Assembly: GCA_964234715.1 (NCBI GenBank)
Contig: OZ174278.1
Direction: 5' to 3' (one strand)
DNA length: 64,000 bases
From: Podarcis melisellensis
Lineage: Eukaryota
Numbering within the stretch: position 1 is the first letter of the stretch; each line of letters starts with the position of its first letter. Below, piece after piece: positions 36,400 through 49,100 of the stretch. A model generated the notes under the pieces. That model saw only the letters and a program-made list of their open reading frames with translations, made no database searches and had not been told where the DNA came from. A program made the position numbers and the translations under genes.

Positions 36400-39300
36400 T
36401 ATATGTTTAAAAGGACTTACTTTGTTCTCTTACTAACAGAATCATTTTCCATTACTAAGCCATTTAAAGAGACACAGAGAGAGCTAATGCAGTATTTAGT
36501 GCAGAACATTTTTGGCACATGTCATTGTAACTTTGGCTTGAGCCTGTTCGGCAGGGGAGAGGTTATGGTTCACACAATATGAGCTCAATTCCTTGCTGGC
36601 AGTAGATTTGTGCAGAACATGTACCCCTCCCCTTCAAAAAAAGAACCTCTAAAATGTTCTGTGTCACTTGCATGCTTTATCTCAATATGCTAAAATGTTC
36701 TATTTTTTAAAAAAAATCATAGAAGACTGTGCACCCCAGAGCACAATACCTCAAAACATTAACAATAATGTAAGTGTTCAAGGAGGAAATATTTCAACAT
36801 AGCCAAAAACCCGAGAAAAATTACCACAACTGACTCTGTGTAGGGTTTATCCCCCACCTACACTGCAATGAATGTCACACTAACATATTGTTTTAGCAAT
36901 CTGAAAGGTCTTCCTTCCCTGAACTTAAATGCCAAGCTAAGCAGCTCTTTTCCTTGGCCCCACTGGGGTTAGAAGAAAAACTGTTGACCCTTCGCCCTGA
37001 ATATGTTCACTTGTCAGCTATGGATGCTGTAGCTGTCGCATATTCCAGAGGATCAGCTGGTCAGAGAGATCTGGGGAATAGACTAATTAGCATCTCTATA
37101 GCTCGGTCCAGTCCACCTGATTACACATTCTTACAAATTAATTAATTTTTAATTTTGCCCTATCTCAGCTATTATAAATCAAGTCAGGCTGGCCAGAGAA
37201 AGGCTTGCAGGAAATATGAAAACTGTCTGGCTATGAGGCACCTGATCTGAGGCTCAGGTTCAGCAATCTGTCGTGCCATTGAAAACACAAAAGGGAAATT
37301 ACTCTGTATAGATATTGTGATTGGAAAACACCGTCTTAATTAATTATTGTTGCGCCTGAAAGGTCACCAAGCAGGAAATAATATTACAACAGTCATGAGC
37401 CCACTTATCCAGCACTGAAGATCACTGTATGATAGCAGACTAATTTTCTTTGTCAAATAAGCTAATAATAATAATAACATATTTTCATATAATAAAATAT
37501 AAAATAGATGCAGAAGGTTGTGTATCAAGGGTAGACTCCCATCAGCACCCACCAGTGTGGCCTATGTTTGGAAACATGTTTGTTTTCATCTTGCTAGTCT
37601 CTCTGTCTGTTGTCTGTTATGATGTAGTCTTTTGGAGCCTACTTGTGCCAAACCATCATGTCTTCAATATTAGACTCTGGGTTCTCTGCGGGAATGCACA
37701 CCAACTCAGAATCCTGTGCTAATGTAAAACAAAGTATGCACTGATAAAAGTGTTTTTCAAAAAATAAATAATTGCAAATTTGCATAAGTTCCTGATTTTG
37801 CATAATTGCTTATATTCTCATTCCACAGTCAATTGAGGATGAGAACCTCCCAAAGAAATTATTTGAAATTTTGATTTCAATCAACGTCAGCAGTGCTTTC
37901 TCGGGAAGGCAAGAGGTTGGATGATTTTGCTTATGGAACAACATAACTGCTCCCTTCCCTTTCCAGCACTGTGGCACCAAGGGCTTTCATACCTCTGATC
38001 TTCTGGACAGCACGTAGTAGGGGAGGGGAAGCACTATGATCCAAGACAGTTGCCTTGAGAATACTGGCCTATACTTTTGGTATAACGTGTCTGCAAAAAT
38101 GCCATACTATGAGGTTTTCTGGCCTACCCTATATACTAACTTATGCAAGAAAAAGTCTTAAATTTAGGATAGGCAATTGCCTAACTTAGTTTACTTCTTC
38201 TTAAGCACTTGATAGATTCTTTTTTTTTAACCATTGCTTATAATTGAATTACTCAAAGAATGAAATCCATATTGGAATACTATTCCCAGTTATTAAGTTA
38301 GTAACATTTGATGGTAGAGCCTTATTTATGGACCTTGCAAATACCAAATGGATAGCATTTTGGGGTTGAAGATTTACTAGTAGTGGGTGGCTAAACTATG
38401 AGTTCCAAAATGACACCTGGTTTAAATACTCATAAATCAACCCAGGTCACTGGAGTTTCATGTTGATATCAAACTGGAATTCGGCCCTGAGGTTTACAGA
38501 TCCAGATGTTCAGTTTTTACACATATTTGGCTAGTTTTAAAGATGATATAAAACCTAAGATATATAGAGTTTGTAAGCTGTAGATTAATGCAACACACCA
38601 ATTTGGCATTCTGCAAGAGCACCACATCAATAAAACATATTCATCTGAGGCAAAACTGCTGGGATCGAGAACAGCAAGAAACTGGAGAAAGCACAAGGAA
38701 GACAAATCTTTGATCTTATATTTGTTTTAAAATTTTGCCAAAAAGCACTTTCACTGCAATATAATTTCTACATATCCCAACAATTTATAGATCTCTGGTT
38801 CTCAAACTTTGTTGCATTGACCACTATTGGGCTTTGTTTATTCTTTGTGAACTATCACTGCAATCAAACCAGCCTGATGGCTCTGTGGAGCCCTGTGCTA
38901 CATTTAAACATAGGGTTGAATCCTGGCAAAAGTAGTTGAACTTAAGGCCCATTGTTTTCAATAAGAACAAGGTTGCTGTTAGCTTGTCCTATTCATTTTC
39001 ATGGCTGACAATGGGGGGGGGGGGTTCTCTTCATTGTGAGGTAGAAACTTCAAAGAAAATGTCAGCTCTTTAGTATCTTATTGGTATTTATTGTGGTCTT
39101 GGAGGGGGCACTCAAAACAATAGAAATGAGCCTTAATTGGTTTTTGAAACCCTAAGTGTATGATTTTGTATTACACTCTCAAGAAATTCCAGAGCCCCCA
39201 GATTTGAGAGTATTGTCATTCAAGACATTCAGAAAGTGCCTAAATTCTTGGGGGGGGGGGGAGGTGGTTAGAATGTTGAGAATAGTGCATTCCTAGTGTC

Positions 39301-42300
39301 TTACTGAAGGTCTTTGGTTCTGAAAAATATAACTTTAGGCACCTGGTAATATAGATTCATTAGCCATAGTTTTGTTGTGTTTTTAGTGAAAGTGAATTCC
39401 CTACTTGTAATCATTCAATCTGTGATGTTAAAGCATTGGTTATGCTATAGTCTATGCTATGCATCAATGTGGGGGGCCTGGAAGATGTCTGTCTTATATA
39501 AAGTTAATTGCACAATTATACGTAAAGCATTCACATGATTCCAAGAAAGGAAGCCCTATGTTTATAAGTAAAGTATATCATAGTTAATGGCTATCTCTCT
39601 AAGCCCAGAAATGACATCATTGGGCCAGATGTGACTGGAAGGTTGCAAAGTTTTTTTAGCTGTATCAAAGTTGCACAAGACACCCCTTCATGTAATTTGT
39701 TTAGCATGTAATTTGTGGCTCAGAAACAACGTTTCAGCTACAGAGAAATTTGCGTGAAATTGTTTCCCTCAGGTACTCAAATGGCACTAATTAAAGTAGT
39801 AATACAGTATTATAAAGAACAGAGTTTGCCCTGCAGTATTTGGGGTATGGAATAATTACTTCCACTTAGCTTACTGGACACTAGGAATGACTGTTTCAGT
39901 CTGTGGACATCTTAAAGTATGTCCATCCCTTCCAGGGAAATTCCAGAGATTTTTAGGATAATTCCAGAGAATCAAATAAAGAAATAAATCTGCAGATTAA
40001 AAACAGTCAACAAAAACCAAACATAAACCACAACGCCCACCAAACTGAGGATTATGTAGGAAGAGCACCAAGGGCAGTTCTTTTGTATAAGTTGTACAGA
40101 TGGGACAATTGTTTTGTTGTACATTCAGTGGTCATTTGTGCATCTGATTGCACAGGAAGTGATGTGTGGCTGCTTCCTCCATTTTTACCCTGTGCAGTGG
40201 AAGTGCTCATGTTGTTAAAAGCAAGGAAAAACACAAAACAACCCACAGCACACCTTGCAAGTACAATAGTCAAAACAGCCCTCAGAAAGGTTTGTAGATC
40301 TGCAGATCAAGCCCCAGGTTTGTGTTCCACTCAAAAATGGTTCTGTGGGATAAAAGAGGTGTGGCCTGGTTTGAAATTCTCAGCCACCCCTACTTGAGTG
40401 TGTACTCAAGATTGTGTGGATGTCTTTAATACTACTCCTTTAGCCACTTATTGTGCATACAACTAGACAGAGTTAAAGACTGGATAAATGGTGTCCGTCC
40501 CTCCATCTTGTGGAGTGTGGGCAATGATATGCCATTACACAATGGTGTGCTGCCATCTTAGAATCGTCCTGATACTTCCCAGGTATTTTGAAAGCCAAAC
40601 AGTCTTCTCAGAAACCATCAAATGAATGGAATACTTCCCACTAGACCAAAGAAAGATGTTGACACATTTTTAAAAAACGATGCAAACAAAAAACATTCAA
40701 CTTGTGAAAGAAGAGGAACACCATACAGACTCAAACCTTAACAAAAGCTTTAAATGGTGATAATTTAATATACCGTAGGAATGGTTATTGGCAAAGAGAG
40801 TTCTATGCAACATTTCAAACCATCATCAGGATAAAATGGGCTGGAAAATGACTGCTCTGGAGAAAACACAATTGAGTCCTAGTTTAAATCAGGGTCAAGG
40901 TAAACACAAACATTATTTGCAGGAAACGAGAAGATTTTTCTGTGCTTCATAAAACAGATTTTAAAAAATAAGAATAATATTGATTTCCCATCTTTCTGCC
41001 CTATGTGCCCCTTAATAGCTACATGTTTTATATTTAAATTGGACTTTCCTCTATTACTTCAGACTAAAGGGCTAGTTTTATTATCCTGGAATAGAACTTG
41101 TTCCAATTTTCAATTAATTTCGTTCTCAAATTATAAATGAAATATAGTGTGATACTATGCTTCCAGGATAAGCAGATGAAACATTATTGTACTGAAGACT
41201 GATCAGTAAATCTTTATTTTAAAAAGCCAAGAAGCAGGAATTATCCTATGCAAATGGATTTTTCCTCAGTGTTAGTTGCATACAGCTGCTATCCTATTTC
41301 AAAAGGTTAATACATTAGAACCTCCATTACCTGGATCATTATCCATACAAAATTCACTGCATCTTGCATGAAGGCCCACAACACTTGAACACTATCTAAA
41401 ACAAAGTTCTTATTTAGTAACTTATTTTGTAAATGTTTGTGGCTGTTGGGAAACCATTCATTAAATCTGCTACAAGTGTTTGCCATTACAATTTTTTTTA
41501 AGCAGCTCAGTCTTTAATCAGAATGGTTGACGATCCTCAGTGTAGCCTTTGAAAAGCAATTTTTGGAAATGAAATTGTGCATCTTTCCCCCCACCCACCC
41601 CCATTTTGGAGAATGTGAATGGAAGTCAGGCCATGAGGAAAACACTATACCTTAGTTCATAGTCCTTGCCTGCTGACAGACTTTAACCTGCAGTCATTTA
41701 TCTTGTTCATGCTGTGGCCCTCCAACTCCACCCCCCCCCAAACACTGAACATCAATCCTAAGTAAAATTCCTTGCCAGAAACAGCTATCAGGAAAGAAAA
41801 ACTTCGGCTTCTCACTGCCTCCCACCATGTCCTTTCCTCGTGTCATACCACACAGCATCACGGTGACTGAGAAAAAATAGCAGCTTCTACAAGGTCCAAA
41901 GGTCCATAACAGCAGGGGAAGGTGAAGTAAGAAGTCATGTCACCAGCAACAAAGCGCAGAAAAAATGCTTTGATCTCGTGAAGAGACACACTGACCACAG
42001 CAGAACATCCTCCCCATTTAAAACAGAAACAAAGACAAAACAAAAATAGGATTTCAGCTGAATGAAACAAGACCTCATCCAATGAACGGAATTGGAGTGA
42101 GTGCACCATTTCAGCAGTTTTGCCATCTTTTCCTTACCCCTTTTAAAACACCTCCCCAAATTTTAAAGAGGTCCAGATCCTGTTGTCCCCCCCCCCCCGC
42201 TCACAGTGCCCAGCTTAGCTGGTACAAAATCCTTTATGCCAACATGCCTATAGCCGTAGACATTATGTAGAAGAAGTCTATCACTTTCTGTGTGAATTGC

Positions 42301-42332
42301 AACATCATTATTACTGTTAATAAAGTACAATA

Positions 42333-42574
42333 CAGTAGTACCTCTGGTTACGTACTTAATTCATTCCGGAGGTCTGTTCTTAACCCGAAACTGTTCTTAA
42401 CCTGAAGCACCACTTTAGCTAATGGGGACTCCCACTGCTGCCCCACCGCCGCAGCACTATTTCTGTTCTCATCCTGAAGCAAAGTTCTTAACCCAAGGTA
42501 CTATTTCTGGGTTAGTGGAGTCTGTAACCTGAAGCGTATGTAACCTGAAGTGAATGTAACCCGAGGTACCACTG
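42333..42574 (-). mobile_element. Tigger/pogo-like MITE, copy 4
   Basis: TA|cagtagtacctctggtta...taacccgaggtaccactg|TA. Confidence 0.9.
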
Positions 42575-43539
42575 TATCACACAGGTATGTACTTCAGCAG
42601 CTGCAATCCATGGTGGTAAAAGAAGTATCATTGCCTGTGTGGATTTGAAGCTGCCTCAAGTGTAATTGTCAGCAACTATACCTCCAGACCACATGAACCT
42701 GCTTGACTTCTTTAGATGCCCTGCTCTGTGCCCCCTTCCCTTTAGCTATAAGATAAGTAAGTACTGAGAACAGTGGCACCTAAGTCCTGATCAGCATCCT
42801 AACACAGCAGGTATCATCAGGCAATGTGAAGCAGCCTCCCCCAGGCCACAGAGTGGAGTAGGGATATGTTTTGTGTGATGGAGTCTGCTCTCTGACCCCT
42901 TTACCAGAATGCCGCCCTCCTGTATGGTGACAGATGCTGTCCCTTTGCCATTGCTGAAAGAGAGCCAGACTGGCTGGCTTCTGTACATGGCTGGCCAAAG
43001 ACATTTTGCTGCCTGAGATGAAGCAGACGATTGCTCCCCACCCATTGCATCTTACTTCAGCACTGGGGTCAGGCCACACCACATCTTAAGCTGAGCCTGC
43101 TGAGGATTCTGCCCTCGAATACCATAATGACACTCGCTGTCTGCACACCAGCACCTGCTACCTGAGACGGCTGCCTCACTCTGCCTAATGCTAACACAGC
43201 TGTGGTGTAACCGCCTCCCAAAATACATTTATTAGGTTCCTTTTTTACTATCCTTTAGATGCCAAGAGATGCCCATCATACGCACCCACACTTCTAATCA
43301 CAATTAATTTCCATCACTTTTAATCTGTTTCTTATATTATATGTCACTTTTTACCACTATTTTTTATTCATCATTTTCATTTAGCTTGTTCTTGAAGGAG
43401 GTTTCAGATTGTGTTTAATAATAAGGTTGCAGAGCAGCAGTAGCAGCAGCAAAAGATTGGATTAAAAGTTATTTTTTTTAAAAAAAATCTTGTTGCAGTT
43501 GTGTCCTGTCTTTCTTACAGGGCATTCAAAAGAGTAGCA

Positions 43540-43841
43540 CAGGGGTCAGTTACCTAAGGCCCATGGACCACCGCTGCCCGTTCAGGGACCCCTGCTGCCT
43601 GCTTGGTCGGCTCCCGTACGCGGTAAACTGGCATGGAGCAGAGAGGGGACTGCCTTCTGCAACACTGGCCGGCTTCCCATTGGCTGCAGGAAGCTCCTGC
43701 AGCCGATGGGAAGCTGCGCACGCCTTCTCCGTGCTGGAAGGAGTGCCATAAATAGTGTACACGCACACACACACTCCAGCCCACCACAGCATCTGTGGGA
43801 CCATGAACTGGCCCAAAACACAAAAACTTTGCCAACCCCTG
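43540..43841. mobile_element. hAT (Charlie-like) non-autonomous element, GC-rich
   Basis: caggggtcag...ccaacccctg termini; perfect 8-bp TSD gagtagca (43532-43539; 43842-43849). Confidence 0.88.
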
Positions 43842-44320
43842 GAGTAGCACTTTCCTCAGTTATTTTCCCAGGCTACCCACTACTCAAACCCACATCCCTC
43901 ACTGGCCCTACTTCACATCCTACCTGAGTTCATTTTCCTCACTGGAATGTTTCCTTAAACTGAGATAAGGAGGTGCTTCTAGAAACATCTGACTTTTGTG
44001 GGACTAGAATGCACAAAGGTGAGAACCATACCTACTGTTTTGCACACTTTTGCCTCTGGCCTCACTCATCACTGGCATGCAGTCCCCTGAGGATTCCCAA
44101 CAAAGGAATGTGGCCCTCAGCCTCCCTATTCCAACTTAGCTCGTGCTTGAAGGCTGAAACTCTCTGCAGAGATGGCACCCTGACTTGGGTACTTCCATTC
44201 TAGAGAGCCTCCATGATGATCTACATTACAGTATGTTCATTGCCAGAGTAAGCCTTTCCATTTACCCGGGAGTGTTAAGGGAGGTTCATTTGTCTGTGGT
44301 CTGTTCCTTGGTTTTAGCTT

Positions 44321-45018
44321 TTAGCAAGTGAGGTATGTTTACTCTATCTGTTTCTAAGAAACTATTTGCCAGACAGCCGAAACATAACCCTGACGTTGAT
44401 GTGAGACACCGTGAAGGCCGTTGCTTAGTGAGCTGCTTCCCATTTTATAGATATAGATGTATAAAATAGCATTTATTGTACTTTGTGATTATTGTATACC
44501 ACCCTGAGAACCTTCCAAATGAAGAGCACCAGAGAGGTTTTAAAAACACATAAATGAATATGCACCCTTGGGAGTAAGTCCCATTAACCTCAATTGGAAT
44601 TACTTCAGCTGTTCTGCATATCTCAGCAACAAACTTAGGGCTGCACATTAATCAGTACATACTAATGTATGCAATGTTTGCCTATAGTGTTTATGTATTT
44701 ATTTAACAGAATTTCTATACCACTTATTCAACTATAACATCTAAGCAGTTAACATTCATTCAGTTTGTCTCTAAAGCAAAGAAGAAAGCCATATGAAATA
44801 GTATGAAAGAGGAAACATCCTGGGTTCTTTTCTAAACCCTTTTAAAGTCCCTTATTTCACTTGACTCAGTTGAAAAACCAGCTTTAAATCATTCAAGGGG
44901 AAGCAGCTCACTAAGCAACGGCCTTCACGGTGTCTCACATCAATGTCAGGGTTATGTTTCGGCTGTCTGGCAAATAGTTTCTTACAAACAGATTGAGTAA
45001 ACATACCTCACTTGCTAA
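44321..45018. repeat. Long inverted repeat: 121-bp arms (44321-44441; 44898-45018), 456-bp spacer
   Basis: Arms are reverse complements with 3 mismatches by manual comparison. Confidence 0.92.
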
Positions 45019-45565
45019 GATGCCAGGAGTGGGGGAAAGCCCTCTCATCCATGAATCTTTAAAATGAACCTCTGGACGGTAGCTAAATTAAAAGCAAACA
45101 CCACAGAATCGCTACCTTCTATTGTCAATCATCTTTCTCTTTTCCAAAACAAAATAAAAAAATTAATAAATATGAACGCTGCACAGTTTGTGTCACATCA
45201 CAATCTCTTGTCTATACAGCATTTTTCTGCATGTGGGAATTGCTTTAAAACACACACACACCACACTACACAAGGCTTTTGACCTTGACAGCAACTGTAA
45301 ATTCCCCCAAGTCCTATGCAAGCTTCGCTGCAGTCATCTAATCTTTACTAAATCCTGTGTCAGCTAAACCCAACTTTTGATTGTTTCATCTACCTATATA
45401 TAAAACAGGAATGACTGTAACCTACATCCACCTGTTATTCTGAGGCCAGTACTAAAAACAATAATGAAAACTTTCAGCTACCAACCTAAGAGAAAGCAAA
45501 GTGTAGGATTTACATCTAAACAAATAACCCACACATCATGTCAAACTCAGGAGGGATTACTCCTT

Positions 45566-46187
45566 CCCCAGAAATGATCTATAATGAACTGAAGAAAATA
45601 TTTAAAATAACTTTTGTTAAAAAAAGCAGAAGCTTTTTTTACTAGGATTGATAGGAACTGAACTCCCCAAAGAACAAAATAAAATATTTATGTATGCTAC
45701 AACAGCTGCCCGAATATTGTTAGCCCAAAGATGGAAGGAAGAAAAGATACTGAAGAAAGAAGAATGGCAAATCAAGCTAATGGACTTTGCAGAAATGGCA
45801 AAATTAATGGCAAAGCTCAGAGACTATGACAACGAGAAGTTTAAAAAAGAGTGGGAATCATTTATTGTTTATGTGCAAAAATACTGTAAACAGGTTGATA
45901 CATTGGCAGGGTTTGAAGTAAATGCTTGCAACCAACAGAAAAATAGATAAAATTAAGGGTAATAATAATTGAAAAAGTTTTAGAATTGATATGCAGAAGA
46001 ACTTGGTTAATATAAGGAACCAGAAGAGGGTATGGAGGGAAGTCCAGAGATTTAAAGAATCTCAAAGAGAAGGTTTGTGAAAAGGTATTTGTATAAATTC
46101 AGATCTGGCAGAAATGTGACTTAATTACTGTTTTTATTTGGGAAAATGTAACTGTGAAAAACTAATAAAAAATTATTTACAAAAAAA
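45566..46187 (+). mobile_element. Older 5'-truncated L1 3' fragment, related to the 17940 element
   Basis: EMIYNELKK...FMYATTAARILLAQRWK...EEWQIKLMDFAEMAKL with a frameshift; aataaa and A tail; 15-bp TSD gagggattactcctt/gaaggattgctcctt (2 mismatches). Confidence 0.88.
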
Positions 46188-49100
46188 GAAGGATTGCTCC
46201 TTGTCTTTTATGAATGGTTTCTAGAATTCAAGACATAGATATGTATCTGAATGACAGGGCCAGGGTAAAGCTCATTCCTCACCTGGAATGAGTTCTGAGG
46301 TAATCTATAACAGGGAGACAAAAGAGTTTCTAGTATTGTTAGGTATTCCTATTGCCTGTCAGAGAGAATTCAGATGCTGATTACAGGTAGAAAGTCCCAC
46401 TAAAGGCACTATCTTGTACTCTCTCAACCTCTGAACTAGGAAAGCTAACATAAAGGAGAAATTTAGGCTGACCATGATATATATACTTTGCCCCTCCAGC
46501 ACTCCAACCTCCATTCCCCCCCCCCCCGGTGCTGCCAGTGTAAGGGCAACAGCCTATGATGTTAAGAAATCTGCATGTGCAATGGGGTTTTCAGTTTCTC
46601 TCCCTGCCCCCTCAGTCCCATTGTGTTCACCTGAAATTTTCACCCTTTGGCCCCCAACCCTCTGGAATATATTTTTTTGGGGGAGACACAATGGCCTGCA
46701 GGAGGAGGAGAGGGAAATGAAGTCCCATTGGACAAGCAGACACCCTCTTGCATTATATCAGATCTCAGCCTAATACTCTTCTATTTGCAATAAATATAAT
46801 CAGGAAGAATAAGAAATGGGAGGCAGAATGGATTTGGCATAATAGGCAATATAGTCACAGTTTGCTTCTTTATCAAGTGACAGACAAAACACATGTAAAG
46901 AAAGTATGCATGATTTTAATTTGGGGTATACAATATGGAGCTGATTTCAGCCTGGAGGATTTCCCCCCCTCCTGCTTTAACTTCATTAAATCTTTACTGT
47001 CAAGAGTTTGTAACAATTTCTTAAATAAGATGGCAGGTTTCCTGACAGATGGGTAACTGATGTGCTATGCAGTAATCCCTAATTATAAAAGAATTTGGAA
47101 GGCTGACATGCCTAGCATTAAGGAGGCAACCGAAGCAGTGTCACACTGACCCTTCAGAAATGATTATTGTCCAGACATACAATATATCTGATTACAAGGA
47201 ATTGGTGAATGTAGTTGGCAAGAATCATTACAATTCCCTATGTGAATGGACATCCATTTTTATGTCTTATTTTTAATGTGGCAACATATAAGCCAACCTC
47301 CCCCATGCTGATAAACTTCAAATTTCATCTCAGGTAGGTATATAAATCCTAATTATATAACTAAAATAAAAATATCAGCCAAAGGTTCTGCTTAGATGCA
47401 TTTAATGATCTCCAAGGCTACAATTCTCTCCAGTAAGGCTAACTTAAGTCTCATTGATTTCAGTCGGTCTATGACAGGACATCTGGTTCCAATCCAAAAA
47501 TCAGTGTACTTTGCTTCTGAGTTAAGATGGATAAATCCTCTTATAAAAAAGGGCTACTTTCTCTGATACGAGCTGATGGAGATTATTATTATTATGCATA
47601 ATGCCTTTGAAAATCCCCATGGGAGATATAAAAGATGGCTTGATCAAACTATTTTATGAATGTATACACTAAAAACAACATAATAAATAAACTAAAGAAT
47701 GAAAGAAACAGGTAGAACAATTCAACTCCAGATTAAAACATTTAAGAATGAAAAGCCTGGAAAAACAAAACAAAAGTTATAAAAAAGAGTGCCTAATTGG
47801 AAAGATTTGTATTTTATTTTGAATTGGAGATTATGATAATATATCATATTTTCTAGAAACTTTAATTTATGTTTCCAGCTAAGCTGTGTTTATTTTAAGT
47901 GTATTATCTTAATTTTTACTTGTAAAGTCCTCAGCCCCCCCAAGGGTTCCAAATATGTGAAATGACAGGCTCATCTACTAAGGTACAAACAATGCAATAC
48001 CTAGGGAAGGTGTGAACTCCTCTATGCCTTACCCATTTTGGAATTTATTTTGAGAGAACCAGGAGGTTATCTACCTTCCTGTGCCCTTAACAAACAATCA
48101 AAGCACTCTAGACATCCCACCAGGATTAGTAACACAAAAATCTGAAAAACAAAGTGACAATTAAAGGGTGAATCTCCACATCCACATCGCTGATGGGATT
48201 CGCCTCTCTTGGTCATGCTCAGCTTCACCATATGGCTTTCCCTTCCTTTGCGGAAAGCAAAACTTCCTGTCAAAGAGCAGCTGCTCTAAGTAATCACATC
48301 GGACTTTAACCTTAGAGTAGTCAACCACCGAACCCATAGATTTTTGTCAATAAGATACTTTGCTCTGTTGTTTTTTAAAGGATCTGTAATATATTTTTGC
48401 TTGAGAGAAGTTTTCTTCTTCATTCTGCTGCAGACCAACTGTTTTGTAATCAGGTGGTTCTTATCAGTGTTTAATGGTGGAACTACAAGTAAATTCTTGG
48501 ACATCTCCTCCTAATCCTTCCATACTATTAAAAAATTGGATATTTTGATCAGTTATTATGTGACCAGCTTATTTTGTTAAAGTAGACAGACTATCAAAAG
48601 AAGATTATGACTTAATGGAAGGGAACATGTAATCACTATGGTTCTAAGCCTGATTTCTCATGAAGTAAGTCAACTATATGAATTTCCCTGAATCATATAT
48701 GGACATTTTGCTTTGCTATAATAACCACTTCATTAGTGGTTATTTAGAGGTCTGGTAACATATCTGAGCATCAATGTTACTTCAAGAGAGAAACAGAAGT
48801 TAGGTACCCTGCCTGCTTTTGCTGATCATTCAAGACAGCTCAATCTGTGTGAGCATTTTAATCAATTATCAAAATGTACAGTGCTCACAACAATTGCTCT
48901 CTATCAAAGTCTTGTAACAGCTGTCAGTGTTGTAATGCAAACCCTTGTTAGTTCTTACACATTCCCCTCTGGAACTAATGAGGGACCATCTGACAACTCT
49001 AAACATAGGCACAATTGAGGAAGAGCCTACTCAGAAGGGGAAGTGTGCACTGATATATGACTCAATACAACCTTAATGTAGCTGTGAATTTAATCTCATG

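Noticed and set aside
43550-43927. Five overlapping ORFs / CpG-island-like patch
   Set aside because: Explained by the GC-rich interior of the hAT element at 43540-43841.
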